Made by a program: the position numbers and the translations under genes. A stretch of 64,000 bases of DNA. Source: Macrostomum lignano. Taxonomy: Eukaryota. The notes beneath the pieces are model-generated. The model did no database searches. It saw only the letters and a list, made by a program, of their open reading frames with translations, and was not told where the DNA came from. Below are positions 46,344 through 58,499 of this stretch, piece after piece (positions within the stretch are counted from its first letter, which is position 1; each line of letters begins with the position of its first letter). Where the stretch lies: contig NIVC01000716.1 in NCBI GenBank assembly GCA_002269645.1, forward strand, positions 331,426-395,425, written 5' to 3'.

Positions 46344-47053
46344 TCATTGTGCATTTCTCGCCGTCCTTCTTGCCGAATTTCTTGCCGACTTTCTTTCCAC
46401 ATAATGTTGAAGAACTTTCTCGAGTTCATTTCTCAGCTGACTCATGTCATCAGTACCGACCATGTTCAAGTTCATTCGAATTGTTTGTTCATAAAGATCC
46501 TGAATGGTTTTGAACTCATCCTCTGAAATGAACTTATCCTCGATTGCCCTTGAAATGTACCCTATGATTGAAGTGTGCACACTTTCTCTTTTACTTGCTT
46601 CTCCTGTAGCTGTTTTAGTTTTTTTCGCCTGTTTCGCGCTAATGCTCCAGTAATTGCTGAAATAAGTCCACATGCAGCACCCACAGAGCCGAGCGGGATT
46701 GCGATTGGGGCTGTGATGACTGGCAACGTTGAGACAGCTGCAGCAGATCCAGATAGAACAGACACAGATCCTAGAATCATATTGCTGTAGTCGAAAAATT
46801 TACAGTGGCTGTCATAGCGCTTAATTTTCTTTGTGTTGTGGAAAATATTTTTTTCAAGATCATCTCGCATTTTTTGAATCTCCACTAGTCGAAACTGCTG
46901 AGAGTTACAAGTAATGACGGGGTAGAGTTTTTGTTGCTCATATTGAGGTGCACTAGGTGCTGTGGGTGCTGTGGGAGCATTCGGTGCCATTGGGTTTGGT
47001 GCTGTCGGTATTTTAGGTTCAGACTGATCGTATAGAGAATTTTGTTGGGCCAT
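46344..47053 (-). pseudogene. Membrane protein with PTAP/PSAP and LYPVI motifs, one frameshift near 46580
   Basis: IPTAP...APTAPTAPSAP...KLYPVI followed by a long hydrophobic Gly/Ala-rich stretch and a basic tail. Confidence 0.8.
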
Positions 47054-48039
47054 TTTTTTCCCTAGAAAAAATAAAAAAATTATAAAACTATCCGGTTTGA
47101 AGATCTATTGTTTTGAAAAAAGATCTGTTTTCTTTTGATTTGATTAGATTTTGATGAAATTTGATAATTTCATCTGTAGACATGACCGGACGAGCAGTAC
47201 ACTGTAATTCCTAAAGGTCCGAAGAAGGGTCCGGGAAAGGTCCATTGTGGAGGGTCCGGAGCGTCGAAATAACGGACCATGAAAGGTCCGTATTTTGATG
47301 GGTCCGTATTGTAAAGTCCGTATTGCAAGGTCCGTATTTTGAAAGGTCCGTATTTTGAAAGGTCCCTATTGCAAAGTCCATATTTTTCAGATGTCCGCAT
47401 TATGGGTCCGAAATATAAAAACGATTACACCCCAAAATGTATTCACTTGATCTGCAAGACACAAAATACCCACTATTATAGGTATGAATTTTATGAATTT
47501 CCTTACCTGTAAAATTGTTCCCAATTACATTATGTGAGGCATACAATGTTGTCAGTCATTGCTCAATTTAAGAAAAGTAAGAAGTGAAGCATTCGTAATC
47601 AACAATTGCATGTTTATGAAGGATGTTAACCAATTTAAAGTATTTTTATGGTATATAAAGATTGATCCTAAAATATTTATTGTTGTAGTACAAAAACAGT
47701 GGTAATAATAATATTTAGTAATTATTTGTTGCACATTACACATTGCGAATAAGTGTTTGCTTTGGTCACTCAAAGAGTGAAGTTGAATATACAGACTAAA
47801 AAGCACAAACTAAATACACAGGGCAATAAATAAGCAGCCAACATCGCCGTGACCCTATGATGACAGATAACACTCTATGATTATGATTGTGAATATGAAA
47901 ATAAATATTGTGATTGTGATTAGGCTTGTGATTACGATTAATTCACAGTCATATTCAATCGTACTAACATGAAAATGAATATAATTATTATAAAAATGAA
48001 AATGATTACAATAGTCATGTCTAGGCGTTATAAAATCAT

Positions 48040-49698
48040 CTAACGAAGTGCATCCAAAATAGCTACTGCAGCCTTGCGGACGGCTTTCTTGCGAAGGCCC
48101 GACAGCACTTCGATTACCTCCAGAAACGCCTCTAGGGCAGGGAGGTGCTGGAGGTTGAACGCGATGAAGACAATTACAAATGCAATTATCGAGTCAGTAA
48201 CACTGTCGAATGGGATGCTCGCACCGTTGACGAAAACGCCGCACCATTTTCCATCCTCTGTCAGAATTCTGACTGGCAGTGCGTCGCGAAGAATAATAGA
48301 CGGGTCGACTCGCAACCGACCGAGAAGAAGAAAGACAGCCACAGGCAGCTTGTCCTCCTCTGAAACAACTGGCAATTCCACATAATCCTTGCACAGCTTG
48401 AAATTTTTTAGCAACTGCCTTTTACTGTACACAAGCAACAAGGCGTTAATAATCCTGCTTCTCATTTCCGATGGACTTGGTGGAAGTACATAGTCAGTTT
48501 TGCTTCTGTTGTATGTCTGGATCATGAGATACGCCTCCTGCTGCAGTACTGCGATGTTTACCAGTGGCGCATATAAGGCAATTTCGTCACTAACCGTCAA
48601 ATCTTGGCACCGCAATATTCGAATCGGAAACAGAGCCTGCATTTCGTTGAGAACGTCTGATATTGAAGAGTCATGATGAGTCTCGTTCAATCTCGTTCGA
48701 CGAGCTTCGTGTGACGGTGGTACATCGGTATCGAACTCGCCGAAGTCAACGCTCTTCGCCATTGCACTGCCAGCATCGTCTGCATCACTATCATCATCGC
48801 CTTCTTCTTCGATCAGATCTTCGTCGTCGTTGATACGCTGCTTGTTGGCTCTTTTAGCACGTGAAGCTATAATTTCATTGTCGTCATCATCTTCCTGGCC
48901 TTCAACTTCCTTGTACTGCCGTTTATGCCTTTGGCTCACAGTAACCGCACTTGGGCCTGCAGCAGCTGCAGCAGCATTTGGTAGAATTATATGCCGATGA
49001 CCAAGTCGACCATGCTTCCGTCGCATCTCCTGAACCGTTGGGCTGCTCTTGTCGACAAAGTCGCCAACGAACCGGAGCTCTTTGAAACGCCGAATAAGCT
49101 TTTGGCGCCAAAAGCTTGAGCTCCCACTTAATGAGGTGTCCTTCAGTCCAGGATACGAAGTTACTATGGAAGTGCACACATCTGTTATCTGGCTAGATGA
49201 CAGGTATGGTTCATTTGGCGACAGATAGTTCAAACAGATGTGATCGACGATGAATTTAAGGAACTTGTTGACAAACGTCGCGTTCATTTTTAAATCGGAA
49301 CCCTTTTCGGGGTGCATTCGTAGATCACGAAGGGCGTTGGCGAGATCGTCCATTCGTGGAAGCGAGTACACTTCGGGCCATGGAAGTGTAGTTGCAGCCG
49401 TAGCTGCTACAGCTGGATTTGGACTCAGAGCCTGTGTGCCTCGACTCGGTGTTGTGGCAATCTCGACATTGCGTATTTCGCTTTGCTGCTTTGGTGTAGT
49501 TGAAGGTTCTACAGGGCATGCACCGCAGCTTGGAAGCAACTCTCCAGAAAGAAGGAAGTACACAGTTCTACATTCCTTTGCCACCTCCGATATTAAATCA
49601 TCGTCGTCGATTTCGAAACCGTCAGAAGTGACAATGCGAACATTTTCAACATCTGCAATGTCCAATTTTAAACAACCTTTGATGCGAAGGTCCGCCAA
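48040..49698 (-). CDS. EnSpm second (TNPA-like) ORF, 552 aa; N-terminus weakly CIDE-N/PB1-like
   Basis: Long intact ORF inside the element; IVTSDGFEIDDDDLISEV...VYFLLSGE; true 5' end may be upstream. Confidence 0.7.
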   Translation of the reverse strand: MADLRIKGCLKLDIADVENVRIVTSDGFEIDDDDLISEVAKECRTVYFLLSGELLPSCGACPVEPSTTPKQQSEIRNVEIATTPSRGTQALSPNPAVAATAATTLPWPEVYSLPRMDDLANALRDLRMHPEKGSDLKMNATFVNKFLKFIVDHICLNYLSPNEPYLSSSQITDVCTSIVTSYPGLKDTSLSGSSSFWRQKLIRRFKELRFVGDFVDKSSPTVQEMRRKHGRLGHRHIILPNAAAAAAGPSAVTVSQRHKRQYKEVEGQEDDDDNEIIASRAKRANKQRINDDEDLIEEEGDDDSDADDAGSAMAKSVDFGEFDTDVPPSHEARRTRLNETHHDSSISDVLNEMQALFPIRILRCQDLTVSDEIALYAPLVNIAVLQQEAYLMIQTYNRSKTDYVLPPSPSEMRSRIINALLLVYSKRQLLKNFKLCKDYVELPVVSEEDKLPVAVFLLLGRLRVDPSIILRDALPVRILTEDGKWCGVFVNGASIPFDSVTDSIIAFVIVFIAFNLQHLPALEAFLEVIEVLSGLRKKAVRKAAVAILDALR

Positions 49699-49889
49699 GG
49701 TCAGGCCAGAAGCTGGAAGGAGCTTCTTGCGCTCCTCTGAGCCGTTGCAGATTCGAAGCTGAAATGAGGTATGATGTGCACAACCTCAATCAGAATACAT
49801 CTGGTAAGACACAGATAAAATGAATTTATAAAGCCAAGGAATTCTTGTTCATTATGATTTTTCGGCTTTTGTCCTTGGCTTGACTTAAT

Positions 49890-49921
<32 letters not shown>

Positions 49922-50440
49922 TAATTGGCTTGGGCAAGTAGTGCCCGTTATGTTAATAGAGTGTATTTAATTAGATATGAATAACTTAGTGTTAACAAAA
50001 GTTGTCAATAATGGACAATACAATTTAAACAGTAGAAGTTTTTGCATTAGATCAATGCCTTTAAGTTGCTGTGAGATGGCTTTCTTCCAAGGATCAATTG
50101 GATTGTCATTGTTGTTAAAGAGACTAGTGGTAGTAGAGTTAGCTTTAAATAAGTTTTAACCAGAAAAGGAGGTACCTTTTCTTAATGATTTCAGAAATAG
50201 GAAGAATGTTGAGTTCATTGAGTATGACTTTATTGCTTGTATGTATGCTCTGGTAGATTAAGAATTTAAGGAGAGACTTATAGAATTTCAATTGAATATT
50301 ATCCAGATCCTTAATTTTTGATTGCCTGGCCAGTGGACCCCATACCTTGCAGCCATAAGTAATGACTGTGACAACAAAATGTTTAGTGTTTTTATGATGT
50401 TTTTGTTTTTTTGTTGCTTTTTTCTGAACAATCTTCACTC
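49890..50440 (-). mobile_element. 3' fragment of a non-LTR retrotransposon with (TAC)n tail
   Basis: ITYGCKVW...LDNIQLKFYKSLL...SNKVILNELNILPI...RYLLFWLKL is a LINE ORF2 C-terminal pattern; tail at 49890-49920. Confidence 0.7.
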
Positions 50441-50743
50441 TTCAATACTAAAAGCTGAAGCTTCAACAAGCTTAGACAGAGGATGAACCCATTTTAGGCA
50501 AGAAATGGTTCGAAAACCTGCACCATCTACATAGAACTAGCCTAGTCAAGGAAGGGCAAGCCGACCTATCATAAAAAGGTTAGACACCTATAGGCCAGAA
50601 ATCTATGTAAGGTGGAGAGCACAGTTCCTTGTGCTAGAGGCAAGGTGGCCCTTGTAATAATTTGTTATTTTATGAAGTGCAAGTGTATGCCATATTGTTA
50701 TATGCTTAAATTTATCTAAAATGATACCCACTAAGATTGTAGA

Positions 50744-53308
50744 TTATTGATCAATGTTTTGGCAATGTAGCATTGGATAATATTTTAAAGAAAGAAAAAG
50801 TTTCCCTTGATACATTAAAAATGGAATTGGCTGATGAAAAAAGTGCTGAGTAGGTTCAATAAATACTAAATGGTCATTATTCACAGTGCATATAAAACTG
50901 CTATAATGACAAGAAAATTTAGCATTCACTTTTTTACAAATAATTATCCACTTGTTGGAAAGTTGAATAATATGGCTAATTAATGCTAAAGCAATTCCAG
51001 TTGGTTCTAAAATTGGCAAACAATAACGGTAATTTAATGTTGGAGTCCGATATACAAACCCCTGATATTTTAGTTCATTAGTAGAAAGACAAATAGTGCC
51101 AATAATTGAGTCTGTATCTAAATTCATGTTGTTGCATAACTCAGTTTGTTCATCTATTGTCAATAGCATATTTAAGCTAATAGGATTTATATTATGGCTC
51201 TTAATTGTACCTGGTTCATAGTGCTTAATGATAAGTGCCTTTTGAATTTGATATTGTTTTGCACATGTATAGGCAGGATTTTTGAAATTTCTTGCATGCC
51301 TGTTTATATTCTTAAGCAATTGATGATGAGCTTCACCTCGCATACACCATAAGTATTTAAGACCACTATAATAATGATAAAATTCAGGATAGTGACATAT
51401 ATAATGCAATTTACATTTATATTTAGGATTGAAGCCCGTGTTTCTATATATTAATTCTAATTGGCCAGAAATAAGAGATTGAAAATATTCTAAGTTTATG
51501 CTACTATCATATGGGGACAAAATTATGTCAAGAAACTGCCTGTGACAATTAAATAATATCCAAATATCATCATCCAACTCAAACAAATGTCCAAATAAAA
51601 GTCCAAAGTATTGTAGAATAACAATTATTTGATTAGAAGTACATGGTAGATGATAATTTTGTAAGTGATATTTATTTATTGTAGGAATACTGACTTCTTT
51701 AATCAAATTTAGTTGTTTGTTTATATAGTCTATACTAATATTATGATTTTGAATAACACTTAATAGAATAATACATATAACAACATGAGAAAACCCTTCA
51801 AACACATCATGCATTATATCAGGGGGGAAAAATATTGAAAGTTAATATATGCTACACTTCTAAACACAGATGGTGAAATTAAACCATTACTTAAGGATTT
51901 AAAATCTTCAATATATGATGAATTATCTCGATATTCAAATAGGAATAATGTACTTAATTCTTCTACTCTAATGCTACAAAGCTGTTTATAACCTATAAAA
52001 CAAAATCTACAAATATAACCACTTGAAAACCAAGTTTGCATACCTAACATTCTATGTATTGATAAATTATCCCCAGTCATGAAAGCAGCAATAACAGGCA
52101 TTTTTATCAAATTACTTATTTGAAATTTTTCAAAGTAAAGCTCATTCAGCTCTCTAATTAATGGAAATAAACAAAACTGTAAACCTTTCTTTTTAACATT
52201 TGAATCATTAAATACTGTTAAAAGAAAATATAAGTCTGAAGATGAACTAAGATATTCAGGGAAATTAAGAATAGTAAAGTATACTACACATAATTTATGT
52301 TTTGTTTTGGCAGACCCAATAGGATTACATATTTCAATTTCATCTGAATAAAGTTTTATGAATATACCATTCTTATTTGTTAACAATGGACTAATATGTT
52401 CTTCAAAATAAGTAGACTTGAAAAAAAAATTTTCTTTGTTGGTTGCATTTAAATAAGAATTTGTAATAATATAGGGCCTACTTAAGCAATGTCTCATTTT
52501 TTATAATAGAACTAAGTGTTTCTTTTATTGGAATATATAGAATTTTTAATTTTGATTCTTCATCTATGATTTCAATGGGCTCAACAAAATTAAACTTGTT
52601 TTGTAAAATTTCAAATATTTTTTTATTACTTAATAGTCTATGCTCTAATGAAAGGTCAATCATTTCTTGCAAATTTAATTTATTTTTATAAGAATTATAG
52701 CTGTTAACTATTGAAGGACATTCTTCTTTTAAAAATTGCTCAAATAACAAAAAATAGTCATCAGCAAACTTCAATACTATTTCCTTAACAAGTTCACATA
52801 ATTGATTAGATTTGCTTTTAGGAATTAAAAAGAAATGTCTAGACTTTAGATAAAAGTAAACAAAATTTTCAGCAAGATGTTTTCTTGTATTTTCACATAA
52901 AAAATCACTAGACATTTCAAATTCAGGGTCTTTTTTTTCATTTTCAACATGGTTACAAATAGTAGATAATATGGCTATATCTATAGGCACAGCTTGCAAT
53001 TCATTTTCTAAAGGGTTTCCTAATAAGTCTAGAGTAGGGTTATTATGAACACAATTTGGCTGTAGAACTTGGTCTTGGGAAAAATTATCAACAACACTGT
53101 TTTTGTGCATACGATAGGCATGTGCTTGTAATCCTTCAATTGTAACACTAATATGGTAACATCCCCTAACTGGACATAAAAAATTGCTATTCCCAAAAGA
53201 ATGGTATAGTTTTATATGACTTATAAGCTTAAATAAATCCTTGTGTGTATGAAGACATATACTACATTGAAATAGTTTTGAAATTACATTTTCATCTCCA
53301 TTTAACAT
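50744..53308 (-). pseudogene. EnSpm transposase, two frameshifts
   Basis: N-terminal C2H2 fingers, LYSDE..CNPIGS...HK, GDNL...CRFC, (PPDI)MHDVFEG and WCMRGEAHH motifs. Confidence 0.88.
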
Positions 53309-53825
53309 ATCCTGGACAGTGGATAAGCCTACTAAATTCGTCGTTGTGGAATGGACAACGCGTAAAAACGTTTAAAAAGCACTAATTTTTAGGTTTGATC
53401 AGAACGAATTGCACGCAACAATCTAAATGTTCGAAGTTAGTAGAGTGAAACAAAAGTTCCCAACATATTTTTGATCTGTGTTAGAAATGCGCTTGTACCT
53501 GTTAAAAGGAATACAATATATAATTCCTTTAATTTAAGGCATTTAGAGCTTTCGATTGATGCAATTACATTTGACGGATAATTTTATTTGTGTTTTTATG
53601 CGGCAAAAAATACGGTGGTATAAAACCTAAATTTATTTCCAGTCCGATTTTCTCTATAAAATCTCGCGTGTGCTTAAAAAAATATCATTTGAGGGCACTT
53701 GAAAAAATTTCATTCGTTTTCTCTGACCAAAAAAATCGGACCTTCAGACATGAAGGTCCGCCTTCAGGCATGAAGGTCCGCATTATGCAATTCGGACCTT
53801 ATCCGGACCCATAAGATTTACAGTG

Positions 53826-54504
53826 TAGATTCTGCTTCATCAATAGCAATGTCACGAAGATTGAGTGTTCTCTCCAGACGATCAAGCCTCCTTATTATTT
53901 TACCCCAAGAGCTATACATTCCGTTTAGATAGCTACTGTGTGATACATCCTTTCTCTTTAATGCTTCAAGTCTTTCTTTGATTCGATCATGCAACGATGT
54001 TGACTGAGTCATGAACTCTTCTAAATTCCTCACTTTACCTGTGTTGGTTGCGACGTTTTCTTTAATTCTATCATGCAATGCTGTTGACTGGTTCATGAAC
54101 TCTTCTAAATTATTGACTTTAGCTGTGTTTGTGAAAACTCCTCTTTCAAGAATACGCATCCGTCTATCAGTGGAATTTACCAGAAGATTAACTGTCGATC
54201 TTAAGCTGTTGATTTGCGAGACTGCCGAAGTTATTTCTGACCTAAGTTCATTAGTTGCGTTTAACAACGGCACATAAAGCTTATCACTTTCAAACTTCTG
54301 CCTAGCTACTTTAAGCCTGAGATCTTCCATGTTCATTTGCAACTGGTGCATGGAGCGCTCCAGGGCTTTCAGTCTGTTTTTATTCAGTTTGATCTCTGGG
54401 ATCTTTTCGTCGCTGTTGATATATCGCCTGTCAAGGATGGATATTTGAGCTGATGTAAGAGCGCTGTTGCCAGAAATGGATTCACCTGCAAAATTAATCG
54501 ACAT
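53826..54504 (-). pseudogene. Coiled-coil gene interrupted near its 3' end by EnSpm
   Basis: Ortholog of 11001-11735; the remainder continues leftward from 47199. Confidence 0.8.
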
Positions 54505-54520
54505 CTTTTATTAGCAAATT

Positions 54521-55317
54521 TTAAATTACAGTTCTTTTTTCCTTGTTGATCATGACAAACTGATAGGGTTGGTTCCACTTGTCATAGCAAAGATTAACGA
54601 ATTCCTCTTGTGAAATCTTTCTGCTTGAGTTTTTTGTTGGATTTATAAAATAGGCAGGCGCAATGACCTCATTGTAAAATCTTTTTAGCCTATCCTGTGG
54701 AATGGTTGGAAACAGGAGAATCAGATTGCAGTTCCCACGAATTGTTTTGTTCGGGAGCTCGAACCAGTTCTGTGCAATGTAAATTACATTACAATTGTTA
54801 TGTCGTCCTCTTGTAAAATAGTTTTCTATCTGCTTCTGTGGGCCTGTCATACAATCATCAAAGACGATCAAATGCTTTCTCCCTTTTTCTAGCTCATCTG
54901 TTGGGGTAGAAGTTTGGTCTTTGGATCAGCCTGCGGATCTCCATAGGTGAACACTTTAATGTTCTGCCATTTTTCATTGTCTTTGAGGTGCTTTGCATAT
55001 TCAGCAGCTACAATTTCAGGGTTACTGGGAAGGCTCATTTGGTTATTAAAACATTGAATAATGTCCTCTTTGTTCAGTTTGTTTTGCAATCCAGAAATCA
55101 GCATTTTATACTCATCTTGATACAGTGTGGGAGAGTAGATGTGCAGAGTGTCATAGTCGATAAAGCCAGGTCTAAGAAGCATGTTAAAGACTCTGAATAT
55201 TTTACCTGAACCTGATGAACCAACAACAATGCATCTGAAGTGACTCGGGATTGACTCGTGGTGAGAAAACTTAATCTGATTACGCGTCCAGTGAGGATTG
55301 AAGTCGTTTGAAAAGTC
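54521..55317 (-). pseudogene. A32/FtsK ATPase, start codon lost and one frameshift
   Basis: GSSGSGK, IVFDDC and TRGRH retained; ATG replaced within an A-run; break near 54890. Confidence 0.85.
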
Positions 55318-55370
55318 TTTTTTTTCTATGATAAAAAAATTTTAAAATAATAAATCATTTAGAAGATGTG

Positions 55371-55495
55371 TCATTTCGGGACTTGAATGTGTCGTTTTGG
55401 GACTTAGATGTTTCATTTTGGGACTTAGATGTGTCATTCTGGGACTTAGATGTGTCATTTTGGGACTTAGATGTGTCATTTCGGGACTAGTCTTG
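55371..55495. repeat. 21-bp tandem repeat, about 6 units
   Basis: cattttgggacttagatgtgt units upstream of the ATPase. Confidence 0.85.
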
Positions 55496-55515
55496 TACCC
55501 TCGGAAAGTACCCTT

Positions 55516-55923
55516 TAGTCAAATTTGAAACCACTTCCTTTTTTAATGCTAAAAAAGCCTCCTTTTTAGGCATTAGCTCATCTTCTCATAGACTGCAGGG
55601 TCCACACTGTCTGGATTTGGGGCCAGTGGAGCCAGCGGGGCCGGCGGTTGAATCTCTTGTTTAGGTGTTACAGTATCCTTTATCTTTTTGGCTGCTGTGG
55701 CTACACTGCCAGCCGCTTCGGCAACGTTCTTGATGTTCTCTTTGTTCTCTCCAATGACCTTAAAAATCTTGGCCCCCTGAGCGATCAAATCAGCAAGGCC
55801 ATTCCCAGAGCGTTCTTTTCTTGGATAGTGGCCTGCAGGGAAAAGTCCAGATCCGCGTTTAATAAGATTAAGTTCCTCTTTGTCATAGTATTTGTCCACG
55901 TCTTTCTCAAAAATAATAGGCAT
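55516..55923 (-). CDS. Amphipathic-helix core protein (pVI/cupiennin-like); 3' end probably frameshifted
   Basis: GNG|LADLIAQGAKIFKVIGENKENIKNVAEAAGSVATAAKKIKD; a shifted-frame KKGSGFKFD* end as in element 1. Confidence 0.65.
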
Positions 55924-57163
55924 TTTTACTTGAAATAAATTTTTTTTTGTTGAACCGCGAAAGCAGAAGCTCTCTCGCCCTCTTATCGATGTATTTTCTC
56001 TCAAGCATTTTGTCCAGGATGTTGACAAATTCTTTTCTATTCTCGTCTTTCATTCCAGTCTTTGCCGCTCCTAGAAGAACCGCTACTCGCTTGTAGATTT
56101 CAGAAATTCCTTTTCCAGTTGAGGGCGGTTGGTCTTGAGGTTGTGGAGTTTGTTGGGCTTGTAGCTGCTGGGGAGGTGATGCAAAAGACTGCTCACTTTC
56201 AGAGATGGAACTGTCATGCGGTGCCTGTCTTTGTTGAGGTGTGAAAACTCTTTGATTGATTCTGTTCATTCGATCTGGAGAGTGTTGTTCTAAGCGTTGC
56301 CAGGCATCTGGGTGATCATTTTTATATTTAGCTACTTGAGTCGGATCTACATTTTCCAGTTGCCTGAGTACTTCTGTAAAATGTTGCTGCTGTGGTTGTG
56401 GTTGCTGTTGTTGCTGTTGTTGTTGTTCTAGATATTTTATGACTTCCGCCTGATCTGGCAAACCGAACCATACTTTGATGTGCTTGTACTTTTTGAATTT
56501 AGTCAGGTTGACACCGCTATCGTACATGTGTTTCAGAACTTCTGGGACCTTTAGTATTTCTATATCTCTAACAAGAGAAAAAGTCACTAGATTTCTGTAG
56601 TTCTTTAGCTGCTTCTCGGAGATTTTCTCTTGGTTCTTGGTCATAAAAGTCAGTAAGGTGTCTGTGAAAGGAATTTTCATAGTTTCAGAGCCTTTGACAA
56701 CAGAAATATTTTCCTTATTTATGTCGATATAATATTCCACTGGTTCATTATAAATGTTTTTTCTCCACATACTTATTCCAAATACATATTTCCCATCATG
56801 TTCTACACGCTCTACTGGTCCAAAAATGTTATCTGTCACTTTTAGTTGCTGTTGTTGTGGTTGTGATTGTTGTTGTGATTGTTGTGGTTGCGGTTGTGTC
56901 TGTGGTTGCGGCTGTATCTGTGGTGCTTCTGGAATTTTGCCCAAAGCCTTTTGCACCTGGGATTCCTGTACGTCGTCGATAGTTTCTTTGACCTGATCAA
57001 TATTTTTCTTAGCTTCTCCATACCCGGGCTTATGAAACTCTGTGGCTGCTTGGACAAACTCATTGTAGGATTGTTGCTCCTTATTTATTAGCCCGGTAAC
57101 TCGTTTCTCTGCTTGTGCTAGCTTCTCCAATTCAGATATCTGCTGTGTACTTTTTCGCTTCAT
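55907..57163 (-). CDS. Q-rich Polinton protein, 418 aa
   Basis: Intact ORF; ortholog of 13096-14309. Confidence 0.8.
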   Translation of the reverse strand: MKRKSTQQISELEKLAQAEKRVTGLINKEQQSYNEFVQAATEFHKPGYGEAKKNIDQVKETIDDVQESQVQKALGKIPEAPQIQPQPQTQPQPQQSQQQSQPQQQQLKVTDNIFGPVERVEHDGKYVFGISMWRKNIYNEPVEYYIDINKENISVVKGSETMKIPFTDTLLTFMTKNQEKISEKQLKNYRNLVTFSLVRDIEILKVPEVLKHMYDSGVNLTKFKKYKHIKVWFGLPDQAEVIKYLEQQQQQQQQPQPQQQHFTEVLRQLENVDPTQVAKYKNDHPDAWQRLEQHSPDRMNRINQRVFTPQQRQAPHDSSISESEQSFASPPQQLQAQQTPQPQDQPPSTGKGISEIYKRVAVLLGAAKTGMKDENRKEFVNILDKMLERKYIDKRARELLLSRFNKKKFISSKNAYYF

Positions 57164-57193
57164 TTCTTATTTTATTTTATTTTTAGTTAAAAA

Positions 57194-58480
57194 ATGAACG
57201 ACCCACTGACACCAGTTTTCTACAAAATTAACAAGCCTATTTTGAGTGATGATAGCACAATCAAAGCGACTCAGGTAAGAGTTCCCAGTCAGGAAAATCA
57301 GAATGAAACTAATCTTGGTCCTGGCCAAACACTGACATTTACATACAATGGATGTTCGTCTTTGGTTAGTGTGCACAGTCTTAAGAGCGGCTTCCATATG
57401 ACATTTCAATTCAAGACAAAGGGTGGTGCGGATGCGGCTCGTGCTAACGTTGACAAGCATGATGCGGATGTGGCTCTGATTAGTAACTTTTGGGCGTACA
57501 TGTTCAAGGAGTTTATGGTATCAAATGGGAGCACAGAGTTGGAGCGAATCGCCAACTTTGGAATTGTCTATGACGCTCATTGTTTGATCGAGAATCCTGA
57601 TTTTATTCAATTGGGAAGTGGTGCGGGTTTTATTGCAGACGAAAAAGAAGGAGATATCAATGACAGTGGCTATAAAAATAGGAAGAAGAGATACAACTAT
57701 GCATTGCAAGGTGCTGATGATGCTGCTAAGAACCCGCTGTATCGGTCTGTTGATGTATTTGTACCATTGAGATTCATGAGTGGATTCTGTAATACATTTA
57801 ATCGACTGACTAGTAACTTTAGCTACACATTTAGACTGACTAGAGATGATCGCAGTAGAGTGTTGTGGACTGGGGCGGACCACACTGGGATGGCTGTGAA
57901 GCTAACCGGAATCGAGCTGTATTTGGAAGTCATTGAGCCAAAGACTGCACTAAAAGCTGATTATCTCAAGGCAATAGAGAAGGACATTGATGTTGCATAC
58001 ACGGCCTACATGTGTCGAGATGAGCGAAACGAAACTAGAACAAACATCTGCATTAAAGAGGGATCATGCAGCAATCCAAGGTATATTATTATTAACATGA
58101 GAAACCCAAATAGCATTATACGCTACATGCATGGAGACGTGCGGTCCATTCAGCATGAAATCAGTGATAATCTTTACCCTGCACTGCCACAAAATGGAGA
58201 TTTCAGTCAGAACAAGATTAGCAAATTTTACAGCGAGTTGGTCGACTTGGCTGTGAAAGAGAACAATGGAATTGCTATCACTGCTCTTCAATATGGAACT
58301 CTATATCCGATGTTTGGCGCTGATGTGTCTGCCAGACAAATGCCTACTGATAACAGCCCTGTGAATATCGTGACTAACATTGAGAGGACTGTCGCAACAC
58401 CCGTGGACTTGTACATTATCTATGCATTTGAGAGGAAGGTGAAGCTTAACATGATCAACAATTCATCCAGTAAAGTTTAA
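57194..58480 (+). CDS. Major capsid protein (probable double jelly-roll), intact 428 aa
   Basis: Size, beta-rich composition, C-terminal IIYAFERKVKL and adjacency to the mCP. Confidence 0.82.
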   Translation: MNDPLTPVFYKINKPILSDDSTIKATQVRVPSQENQNETNLGPGQTLTFTYNGCSSLVSVHSLKSGFHMTFQFKTKGGADAARANVDKHDADVALISNFWAYMFKEFMVSNGSTELERIANFGIVYDAHCLIENPDFIQLGSGAGFIADEKEGDINDSGYKNRKKRYNYALQGADDAAKNPLYRSVDVFVPLRFMSGFCNTFNRLTSNFSYTFRLTRDDRSRVLWTGADHTGMAVKLTGIELYLEVIEPKTALKADYLKAIEKDIDVAYTAYMCRDERNETRTNICIKEGSCSNPRYIIINMRNPNSIIRYMHGDVRSIQHEISDNLYPALPQNGDFSQNKISKFYSELVDLAVKENNGIAITALQYGTLYPMFGADVSARQMPTDNSPVNIVTNIERTVATPVDLYIIYAFERKVKLNMINNSSSKV

Positions 58481-58499
58481 ATATTTTTTAGGACAAAAA

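Larger units (their letters stand above)
47200..53825 (-). mobile_element. EnSpm/CACTA DNA transposon, 6626 bp
   Basis: CACTGTAA...TTACAGTG termini, TA duplication (47198-99 and 53826-27), and clustered ggtccg subterminal repeats at 47215-47410 and 53735-53810. Confidence 0.92.

Noticed and set aside
49701-49937. Poly-tyrosine ORF
   Set aside because: It is the translation of the (TAC)n tail of the LINE fragment.
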